Position numbers and translations under genes: made by a program | DNA from: an uncultured Gemmatimonadales bacterium | GTDB lineage: Bacteria; Gemmatimonadota; Gemmatimonadetes; Gemmatimonadales; GWC2-71-9 | Length of the DNA stretch: 64,000 nucleotides | Reading direction: 5' to 3' | NCBI GenBank assembly: GCA_963709905.1 | Contig: CAVPYI010000005.1 | Location: 147,897 to 211,896 of the forward strand | The notes under the pieces: model-generated | Seen by the model: only the letters and a program-made list of their open reading frames with translations | What the model was told of the DNA's origin: nothing | The model's database searches: none | Shown: in pieces, positions 57,253-64,000 of the stretch | How the letters are laid out: every line of letters starts with the position of its first letter | How positions within the stretch are numbered: position 1 is the stretch's first letter

Positions 57253-58584
57253 TTAAAGCTTCGACACCCGGACCACGTGCCGATACCCTTCGGCGCGCAC
57301 CACCTCGACGCGCGCCCCGCTCTTGATGAACTCCCCGTCCGCGACGACGTCGATCCGTTCACCGTCGATCGTCGCGACACCCGAAGGCCGCAGGTCGGTA
57401 GTGGCGATGCCGAGCTTGCCGACCAGCTCGGCCCGCGGCAGCGCCGACACGTACCCCTCCGCGGCCAGCGCCGTCTCCTTGTGAATGAGGCCGCTGAATC
57501 GCCGACTGTTGGGCAGGTGCCGCAGCCAGGTGTAGGCAATCGCGAAGGTGATGAAAATGCTCGCGCCCAGGACCAGCATGGCCTGGACCACGTCACCGGT
57601 CGTCGGGAAACTGCCCAGCATGGCCAGGACCACGGCGGCCCCGATGAGCAGCGCTCCAAGCACACCGGCGATGCCGAATCCCGGCAGCAGGAACACTTCG
57701 ACTGCGACCGCCAGCAGCCCCAGGCCGAGCAGTATGACCTCCTCCATGCCGGCCAAACCCAGGAGGAGACTCGAACCAAAGAACAGCCCCAGCGAGGACA
57801 ATCCGAGGATCAGCCCGACGCCGTGCGCGCCGGCCTTGATCTCGGCCAGCAGGGCCAGCACCCCGACCGACAGCAACAGCGGAGATACGATCGGGTTGGT
57901 GAGGAACCGGACCACCAACTCGGCCCAATTGATCCCGACCTGGACAACCTCCGCACCCGGAAATCCCACCGTAGTCAGCAGGTCGGCTTCGTTCTCGACC
58001 TGGCCCTTGGCATACTTGACCCGAATCGCCTCGCTGGTGCTCAGCGTGACGAGCTGGCCGGGTTCGGCGAGGCCCGGGACACCGATGCTCTCGTCCACCA
58101 TGGCCTCGGCGATCCGGGGATCGAGCCCCTGTTCCTCGGCCAGGGCGCGGAACTCGGCCCGCATCGCCGATACGTACTTCTCCGGCGCCTTCGTGCCTTG
58201 GCCGTCCACCGGGGTCGCGGCGCCAAGCACCGCCCCCGCGCGCATGTAGATCCCGTCGGTGGCCAGCGCGATCAGGGCGCCGGCGCTGTAGGCCCGGGGA
58301 TTCACGAAGGCGTAGACCGGTATCCGGGAGGCCCGGACCGCGTCGGCAATCCGTTCGGCGGCGTCGACTCGACCGCCGGGAGTATCCAGATCGAGGTAGA
58401 TCGCGGACGCCTTGGCCGCGTTGGCTTCGCGGACGCCGCGTGCGATGTACGGGGCGAGGCCGTTCTCAATAGTGCCGTGCACGTCGAGGCGGTAGACCAC
58501 CTGGCGCGGACTGGACTCCTGGGCGAGCCCCCCCACGCCCACGACGATGAGCGAAAGGCCGTACAGCCCGAAGGGGAACCGCAT
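57253..58584 (-). CDS. NfeD-family membrane protein with ClpP-class serine protease domain
   Basis: Periplasmic ClpP-like domain ([10 protein letters not shown]....A......PVYAFV...A.SAGALIA), several TM helices and a C-terminal NfeD OB domain. ATG 58584 is preferred over TTG 58632. Confidence 0.85.
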   Translation of the reverse strand: MRFPFGLYGLSLIVVGVGGLAQESSPRQVVYRLDVHGTIENGLAPYIARGVREANAAKASAIYLDLDTPGGRVDAAERIADAVRASRIPVYAFVNPRAYSAGALIALATDGIYMRAGAVLGAATPVDGQGTKAPEKYVSAMRAEFRALAEEQGLDPRIAEAMVDESIGVPGLAEPGQLVTLSTSEAIRVKYAKGQVENEADLLTTVGFPGAEVVQVGINWAELVVRFLTNPIVSPLLLSVGVLALLAEIKAGAHGVGLILGLSSLGLFFGSSLLLGLAGMEEVILLGLGLLAVAVEVFLLPGFGIAGVLGALLIGAAVVLAMLGSFPTTGDVVQAMLVLGASIFITFAIAYTWLRHLPNSRRFSGLIHKETALAAEGYVSALPRAELVGKLGIATTDLRPSGVATIDGERIDVVADGEFIKSGARVEVVRAEGYRHVVRVSKL

Positions 58585-58643
58585 TCGATCTCCTGGAGTA
58601 GCTCGGGGTGAAGCTAGCGCCCGGCGCCTCAAAAAGCATGGCC

Positions 58644-59141
58644 CTAGGGACGGGGCCTTCGCCTCAACCCCTGGCCGCCTCCATCTCCACCTTCCTGGAC
58701 CGCGCGGATCCGGTCGAGCAGGCGCTCCCGCAGCACCAGAAACTGGGCCACCTGAACCGGATCAAGAAAGACGGCCAGGTCCCGGACCTCGTCCTTGTAA
58801 CTCTGGGTGTAACGGATCTTCCCGTCCAGCAACTCGTTGGTCAGCCGTGAGACATTCTCCTTGTTGGCGGCCACCCCGGGCCTCAACTCCCCGGCCAGGG
58901 CCTGTCGCAGGCGGCGCTCCTCGGCTTCCATGTTGCGACGTTTGACGGCGTAGCCCCCGACCACATCCCGCATCCGGGAGGCCTGCTGGTCGGTGAGCCC
59001 CAGCTCTTCCTGGACCCTTGCGGCGAAGCGATCGGCGATCTGCTGGCGCAGCACGCCCGGTTCGGTCCCGTCCTGCTGCGCCCGGAGCGGCACCGCTCCG
59101 GCAAGCATGGCGATGAGAATCAGCCCGGTGTTTCGCATCAT
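58644..59141 (-). CDS. periplasmic Spy/CpxP-family (LTXXQ motif) protein
   Basis: Signal peptide MMRNTGLILIAMLAGAVPLRAQ, an LTDQQ motif and a helical, charged composition. Confidence 0.7.
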   Translation of the reverse strand: MMRNTGLILIAMLAGAVPLRAQQDGTEPGVLRQQIADRFAARVQEELGLTDQQASRMRDVVGGYAVKRRNMEAEERRLRQALAGELRPGVAANKENVSRLTNELLDGKIRYTQSYKDEVRDLAVFLDPVQVAQFLVLRERLLDRIRAVQEGGDGGGQGLRRRPRP

Positions 59142-59638
59142 CCCTCCAGAGAGCGCAGAACACGCTCGAGTTCCTGCTGCTCGAGATCGCCGAGGCCCGG
59201 GACATCCGGGGAGGCGCTAGCGCCGAACGGCCCGTCCATATCGTCCAGGACGGCTCGCAGTTGGCGGGTATCGAGGTCGTCGAGTTCGGCCAGCGGAAGA
59301 CGGAATCCCGGTGCCGAAACAGCCAGCTCAGGCTGCCGACCAGTCGGCAGCTGGGTCCAGACGAGGATGGCGAGAGCCGCGGCTGCGGCCATCGCCACCC
59401 AGGTCGCGCGCCTCCATCGCCGTCCTGCCTCGAGACCCGCGAGCACCTTCCGGGCTACCCGGTCCGGCTCGACCCGACGAGCCTGAGCCGAGCCCAGTCG
59501 GCTGGCGGCCTGAACGACTGGCCACTCCGCGCCGCAGACGGTGCACGTCCGAAGGTGGGCGAGTTCTTCATCGGTCCAGCTGTCCCGACCGTGGGCAACC
59601 AGGGCCATTTTGTCCGTCATGGATTCGCAGTCTGTCAT
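59138..59638 (-). CDS. zinc-binding anti-sigma factor (ZAS type), single-pass membrane
   Basis: HLRTCTVC is the Hx3Cx2C motif. One TM (ATWVAMAAAAALAILVW). Overlaps the ECF sigma stop. Confidence 0.75.
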   Translation of the reverse strand: MTDCESMTDKMALVAHGRDSWTDEELAHLRTCTVCGAEWPVVQAASRLGSAQARRVEPDRVARKVLAGLEAGRRWRRATWVAMAAAAALAILVWTQLPTGRQPELAVSAPGFRLPLAELDDLDTRQLRAVLDDMDGPFGASASPDVPGLGDLEQQELERVLRSLEG

Positions 59639-60192
59639 GCTACCAGCTCCTTGAGCCGTTTCACCGCGTGATGGTAGTGCACCCGGGCGGCGCCGGGAGT
59701 CGTTCCGAGCGACTCGGCGATCTCGTCATACTCCCATCCCTGCTGGGCCCGGAGCAGGAACACCTCCCGCTGCAACCTGGGTAGCCCTCCCAGACCTGCC
59801 TGGAGTTTTCGCTCGGTCTCTTTCGCCTCGAGGGTGGCGGCCGGGTCGTCCCCGGCCTCGAGCCCGCTCTCCTCGATGGGCACGAACCGACGCCCCCGGC
59901 GCCGCCGGTATTGGTCTTTCAGCAGATTGCCCGCGATCCTGAACAGCCAGCTGCGAAAGGCCGCCTCTCCCCTCCAGCCCTGCAGCGCCCGAAACGCTCG
60001 GATGAACGTCTCCTGCACCAGGTCGTCCAGGTCCGCGTGATCGGCCCCGGCGCCGGTGAGGAAGCGGGCGATGGCGCCGGCATGTCGGCCGACCAGCGCC
60101 GTGGCTCCGCGCTCGTCTCCACCCCGATAGGCGCGGACAAGATCGGCATCCGAGCTGGAGACGGAGGTACTGGCGGCCGGCGCGTGCATCAT
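59635..60192 (-). CDS. ECF-family RNA polymerase sigma-70 factor
   Basis: Region 2 [11 protein letters not shown]......F..WLFRIA.N and region 4 LP...REVFLL....G..Y.EIAE.LG...G....H.A. ATGATG start at 60192. The rest of the 597-aa track ORF is antisense to the thiolase gene. Confidence 0.9.
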   Translation of the reverse strand: MMHAPAASTSVSSSDADLVRAYRGGDERGATALVGRHAGAIARFLTGAGADHADLDDLVQETFIRAFRALQGWRGEAAFRSWLFRIAGNLLKDQYRRRRGRRFVPIEESGLEAGDDPAATLEAKETERKLQAGLGGLPRLQREVFLLRAQQGWEYDEIAESLGTTPGAARVHYHHAVKRLKELVA

Positions 60193-60321
60193 CAAAGCGG
60201 AGGACGCCTCTCGGGACGGGTTGTTAAGTTGGCACTCCGCAGGAGGATGGGTCCGCCCGGTGCCGCCCGCAAGCAGGGACCGGCTAGATTCTCCCCATTC
60301 CCGAGCCCGCGAGACCTCCCC

Positions 60322-61521
60322 GTGCGCGACGTCGTGATCACCGCTGCGGTGCGAACCCCCGTCGGCCGCGCCGGCGGCGCACTGGCCGAAGTCCGGCCGG
60401 ACGACCTGGCGGCCGTCGCCCTCAAGGGTCTGGTGGAACGGGCAGGCATCCCCGTGGAACGGATCGAGGACGTGATCCTCGGCTGCGCCAACCAGGCGGG
60501 CGAGGACAACCGGAACGTGGCCCGGATGGCGGCGCTGCTCGCCGGACTCCCGGTGGAAGTGCCCGGCCAGACGATCAACCGGCTGTGTGGCTCGGGGCTT
60601 CAGGCCGTGGTGAGCGCCGCCCAGGCGATCCGCGCGCACGAAGGCGACCTGTTCATCGCCGGCGGGGTCGAGAGCATGACCCGCGCTCCCTACGTCGTGC
60701 TCAAGACCGGAACGCCCTGGAGTCGAACTCCGCCTCCGATGGCCGATACGACGGTCGGGTGGCGGTTCACGAATCCCCGGATGCCATCGGACTGGACCAT
60801 CGCGCTGGGCGAGACGGCCGAGCGCGTAGCCCGGCAATACGGGATCTCGCGCGCCGAGCAGGATGCGTTCGCGGTCGAGAGCCAGCGCCGGACTCAGGAG
60901 GCGCTCGCCAGGAATCTGTTCGCCGAGGAGCTCGTGCCAGTCCCCGTCCCCGACGGCAAGGGCGGGATGACGATGGTCACCGCCGACGAGCATCCCCGGG
61001 CCGGCGTGACCGTGGCGGCCCTTGGGAAAATGAAGCCGGCCTTCGTGCAGGACGGCACGGTGACCGCCGGAACCTCGAGCGGCATCAACGACGGCGCGGC
61101 GGCGCTCAGCGTAATGGACGCCGAGACGGCGCGATCGCTGGGCCAGAAGCCGCTGGCCCGGATCGTGACCAGTGCCGTGGCCGGCGTGGATCCGGCAGTG
61201 ATGGGCCTCGGGCCCATTCCCGCCACCCGGAAGGCGCTGGCTCGAGCCGGGCTCAAGCCGGGTGACCTCGACCTGATCGAACTCAATGAGGCCTTCGCGG
61301 CCCAGGCCATCGCCTGCATTCGCGACCTCGGTCTTGACCCGGCACGCGTCAATCCACACGGCGGCGCGATCGCACTCGGCCACCCGCTCGGCGCCAGCGG
61401 ATCGAAGGTCCTGACCACCCTGGTACACGCCCTCCGCCGGTCCGGCGGGAGGTACGGCCTGGCCACGATGTGTATCGGTGTTGGACAGGGGATCGCCCTG
61501 GTGGTGGAACGGGTGGAGTGA
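60322..61521 (+). CDS. acetyl-CoA C-acetyltransferase (thiolase II)
   Basis: [16 protein letters not shown], active-site [18 protein letters not shown] and [14 protein letters not shown]...CIGVGQG motifs. GTG start at 60322. Confidence 0.93.
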   Translation: MRDVVITAAVRTPVGRAGGALAEVRPDDLAAVALKGLVERAGIPVERIEDVILGCANQAGEDNRNVARMAALLAGLPVEVPGQTINRLCGSGLQAVVSAAQAIRAHEGDLFIAGGVESMTRAPYVVLKTGTPWSRTPPPMADTTVGWRFTNPRMPSDWTIALGETAERVARQYGISRAEQDAFAVESQRRTQEALARNLFAEELVPVPVPDGKGGMTMVTADEHPRAGVTVAALGKMKPAFVQDGTVTAGTSSGINDGAAALSVMDAETARSLGQKPLARIVTSAVAGVDPAVMGLGPIPATRKALARAGLKPGDLDLIELNEAFAAQAIACIRDLGLDPARVNPHGGAIALGHPLGASGSKVLTTLVHALRRSGGRYGLATMCIGVGQGIALVVERVE

Positions 61522-61540
61522 GGGGTAGGTTACGGTTGAG

Positions 61541-61673
61541 AATCAGCGTCAGCCGTCAGCCATCAGCAACCAGCTATCAGTCATCAGCGATCAGGCCGGC
61601 GGTGATGCGAATGCCTGACTGCGACGGATCTGGCGCCCGAAAGCTGACAACTGACGGCTGATGGCTGACGGCT
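61541..61673. repeat. hairpin element with tandem-heptamer arms (TCAGC core) in the thiolase-GDPD spacer
   Basis: Eight heptamers aatcagc gtcagcc gtcagcc atcagca accagct atcagtc atcagcg atcaggc (61541-61596) face gctgaca actgacg gctgatg gctgacg (61643-61670) across a ~46-nt loop. Confidence 0.85.
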
Positions 61674-61717
61674 AGTACCTGAAACCAAACAACTCAAAAG
61701 AACCCGGCACATTCGCC

Positions 61718-62431
61718 ATGCTCCCCCTGGTCATCGCCCATCGCGGCGCATCCGGACACGCCCACGAGAATTCGCTCGCGGCATTCCGCCGCGCGGTCGA
61801 GCTCGGCGCCGACGCGGTCGAGCTGGACATCCATGCCACGGCGGACGGCGTTCTGCTGGTGCATCACGACGCGGAAGTGCCCGGCATCGGAGTCATCGGG
61901 GCCCTGCCGGCCGCGGCCTTCGCCGGCCACCGCCTGCCAAACGGCGAACCGATCCCGACCTTGGCGGATGCCCTTCGCGCGCTCAATGGCCTGGATGTGT
62001 GGGTCGAGCTCAAGACCCTCGCCCCGGGAGCGGACCTGGTTCTGCTCGACACGCTGGACGCCGGACCGACGCCGAAGCGGTATGCCGTGCACGCTTTCGA
62101 CCATCGGATCATCGCCCGTCTGGGCGATCGGCGACTCGAGCTCCGCCGCGGGGTGCTGTTGGCATCCTATCTCCTCGACACCCTTCCGATCCTCCACGGC
62201 GTCGGCGCGGACACTCTGTGGATGGCCACCGACCTGATCGACGAGAGGCTGGTGGCAGACCTCCATGAGGACGGCATGCAGATCATCGCCTGGACCGCGA
62301 ATGACGATCGCGAGGTCCGGCGCCTGGTCGGACTCGGTGTGGATGGCATCTGCACCAACTTCCCGGACCGCGCGCGGGCCACGATAGCCTCTGCGGCGAA
62401 GGAAGTCGCGGGCCGGGTCCCAACCAGGTAG
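61718..62431 (+). CDS. glycerophosphodiester phosphodiesterase
   Basis: IAHRGASG.A.ENSL.AF..A...GAD.VELD...T.DG..VV.HD motif. Confidence 0.9.
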   Translation: MLPLVIAHRGASGHAHENSLAAFRRAVELGADAVELDIHATADGVLLVHHDAEVPGIGVIGALPAAAFAGHRLPNGEPIPTLADALRALNGLDVWVELKTLAPGADLVLLDTLDAGPTPKRYAVHAFDHRIIARLGDRRLELRRGVLLASYLLDTLPILHGVGADTLWMATDLIDERLVADLHEDGMQIIAWTANDDREVRRLVGLGVDGICTNFPDRARATIASAAKEVAGRVPTR

Positions 62432-62499
62432 CTTGTCCTCCCCGCCGGGATGCTCCCGGGAACGAAACCGCCCCTTTCGAACTGTGTCGTAGACCCATA

Positions 62500-63885
62500 G
62501 TGACACTTCACCTCGATCGCATTTCCCCCCGGCTGGGACCACGGCGTATGGTGACCGCCGGCCTCCTCGCCGTTCTGCCGGTCGTAGCGTTCCCGGCCCT
62601 CAATGCTCAGGCCGCAGGTCGTATCGCGGCAGAGCGTTTCATCCTGCCCAACGGCCTCGAGGTCGTGCTCTCCCCCGACCGGAGCGTGCAAGTCGTCTCG
62701 GTCGAGGTGTGGTATGGGGCCGGATCGCGGACCGAGCCGTCGGGCAAGGCCGGGCTCGCGCGGCTGTTCGAGCGCCTGATGTTCGCGGGCTCGGCTAGTG
62801 CGCCCCGTGGAAGCCATGCGGCGATCGTCGATCGGGTGGGTGGGGTGCTCGCCGCCGAGGTCGACGAGGAGGTCGCCCGCTTCGGCACGACCGTCCCCTC
62901 GAATCGCCTGAGTCTCGGGTTGTGGCTGGAAGCCGATCGAATGCGCTCCGTCACCATCAACGACACCACGGTTGCCCAGGCGCGCCTGGCCATGCTCGAC
63001 GACTTGAGTCGGCTGGTGAACGACGACCCGAATGAGGCGGCGATCATCGATGCCGTGGCGGGCGTCTACGATTCCCTGACCTGCCCGGGCTATTCGCATC
63101 CGACGATCGGCCGGGTCCCGACGATCGCGAACCTCACGACCGCCGACGCCGTGGCCTTCTTTCGCGAGCGCTTCGGCCCGAACAACGCGCGGCTCGTGCT
63201 CGCCGGTGATTTCGACCCAGCCGACGCCCGAAGGCTCATCGGCGAGTATTTCGGCGGAATACCTCGCGGTCCGGATCCCCCACCGTCACCGTGCTCGCCA
63301 GACGCGGGTCCTGGTGTCCGACTCAAGTCGGTGACGGAGAATCGGGCCAGACGAGTTGCGGTCGGCCAGTTCTACCGAATACCGGCCCATGATCACCCCG
63401 ACACCCCGGCGCTCGAACTGCTGGGCGTGATTCTGAGCCAGGGTTCGGGTTCCCGTCTGGTCACGCGACTCATCCAGGAACTCCGCGCCGCAGCCGGCGC
63501 CCAGGGCGGCATCCTGGCCAATCGCCGCGGTCCCGCCGTTTTCGGCCTCTTCGCGGTCGGGGCGCCCGGGATCACGTCCGATTCACTCGGCGCCCTGATG
63601 GTGGCCCAGGCTCGCTGGGCGGCGAGCGACGAGCTGACGGAGGCCGATCTGGCCCGGGCTCGGAGCATCTACCTGGCCACCGCCGTTGCGGCCCGGGAGC
63701 GCCCGGCGGACATCGCCGCCCTGCTTCAGCACGCGGCGGCATTTCACGGTGACGCCGAGGCGGTCAACGCGGAAGTGGATCGCGTGCTCGCGGTGACCCT
63801 CGCCGACGTGCGCCGGGTCGCCCGGACCCGGCTCGGCGGCGAGCCTGCGCTGACGCTGGTGATCCGTCCGAGGGCCGAACCGTGA
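62500..63885 (+). CDS. M16-family (pitrilysin-like) protein lacking the zinc-binding HxxEH motif
   Basis: L.NGL.V.......V.V.VWY..GSR.E..GK.GLARLFERLMF.GS aligns to the M16 active-site region, but reads ARLFER instead of AHxxEH. GTG start at 62500; ATG 62548 (MVTAGLLAVL signal peptide) is an alternative. Confidence 0.8.
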   Translation: MTLHLDRISPRLGPRRMVTAGLLAVLPVVAFPALNAQAAGRIAAERFILPNGLEVVLSPDRSVQVVSVEVWYGAGSRTEPSGKAGLARLFERLMFAGSASAPRGSHAAIVDRVGGVLAAEVDEEVARFGTTVPSNRLSLGLWLEADRMRSVTINDTTVAQARLAMLDDLSRLVNDDPNEAAIIDAVAGVYDSLTCPGYSHPTIGRVPTIANLTTADAVAFFRERFGPNNARLVLAGDFDPADARRLIGEYFGGIPRGPDPPPSPCSPDAGPGVRLKSVTENRARRVAVGQFYRIPAHDHPDTPALELLGVILSQGSGSRLVTRLIQELRAAAGAQGGILANRRGPAVFGLFAVGAPGITSDSLGALMVAQARWAASDELTEADLARARSIYLATAVAARERPADIAALLQHAAAFHGDAEAVNAEVDRVLAVTLADVRRVARTRLGGEPALTLVIRPRAEP

Positions 63886-64000
63886 AGCCATTATTGATTG
63901 GGGCCGTGGCGGTCTGGCCCCTGGCCGCCGCACTCCACGGCCAGACCCCACCGATCGATCCGCCGCCGCCCGGTCCGGTACTGCCCCTGCCGTTGGCCCA
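63882..64000 (+). CDS. probable second M16 peptidase subunit, N-terminal fragment (runs off the right edge)
   Basis: GTG overlaps the upstream stop (GTGA). The translation VKPLLIGAVAVWPLAAALHGQ is a signal peptide. M16 genes commonly occur in pairs. Confidence 0.45.
   Translation, partial: MKPLLIGAVAVWPLAAALHGQTPPIDPPPPGPVLPLPLA

Noticed and set aside
60193-61428. The upstream 412 codons of the 597-aa minus-strand ORF that ends as the ECF sigma factor.
   Set aside because: This part is antisense to the thiolase gene and has no sigma-factor or other motifs. Sigma regions 2-4 are fully contained after the ATGATG at 60192.

Overview
Very GC-rich bacterial chromosomal segment. A TonB-type plug domain, lipobox lipoproteins and beta-barrel proteins point to a Gram-negative cell plan; I cannot assign a phylum without a database search. 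About 70 genes, nearly all on the minus strand and tightly packed, often with ATGA/GTGA start-stop overlaps. Content, left to right: (1) a UPF0182 membrane protein fragment and a phosphomannomutase; (2) a complete 14-gene complex I operon nuoA-N (2134-16155); (3) dcd; (4) an mdh-sdhCAB block followed by a beta-barrel protein and an LVIVD lipoprotein, with sdhA split by a 1-nt frameshift; (5) a long housekeeping run: GT4, trmL, moaAED, IHF/HU, carA, secG, tpiA-pgk-gap, comF, aroE, LMW phosphatase, ispD, radA, dnaB, UDG, coaBC, rpoZ, gmk, yicC; (6) a TonB-type receptor, pepA, citrate synthase, an AI-2E transporter and tRNA-Leu(CAA); (7) an ECF sigma / anti-sigma / CpxP-like / NfeD / FloA block; (8) thiolase, GDPD and an M16 peptidase pair. 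Two things stand out. First, next to tRNA-Leu (50248-53310) is a compact lasso-peptide-like RiPP operon. It encodes a 38-aa precursor with the canonical lasso leader motif, an HPr-kinase-like kinase, a PqqD/B1 protein, a B2 transglutaminase-like protease and a nucleotidyltransferase. It has no lasso cyclase and no exporter, and the 13-aa core (ISGPNDGGGGIPT) cannot form a canonical lasso ring. This may be an uncharacterised linear, C-terminally modified peptide pathway. Second, at least nine spacers or gene junctions carry long hairpin elements whose arms are tandem 7- or 8-nt repeats. The unit sequence differs between loci but the architecture is the same, and in two elements I checked the arm mismatches become G-U pairs only in the transcribed sense. 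All functional calls come from reading the ORF translations and recognising motifs; no searches were run.
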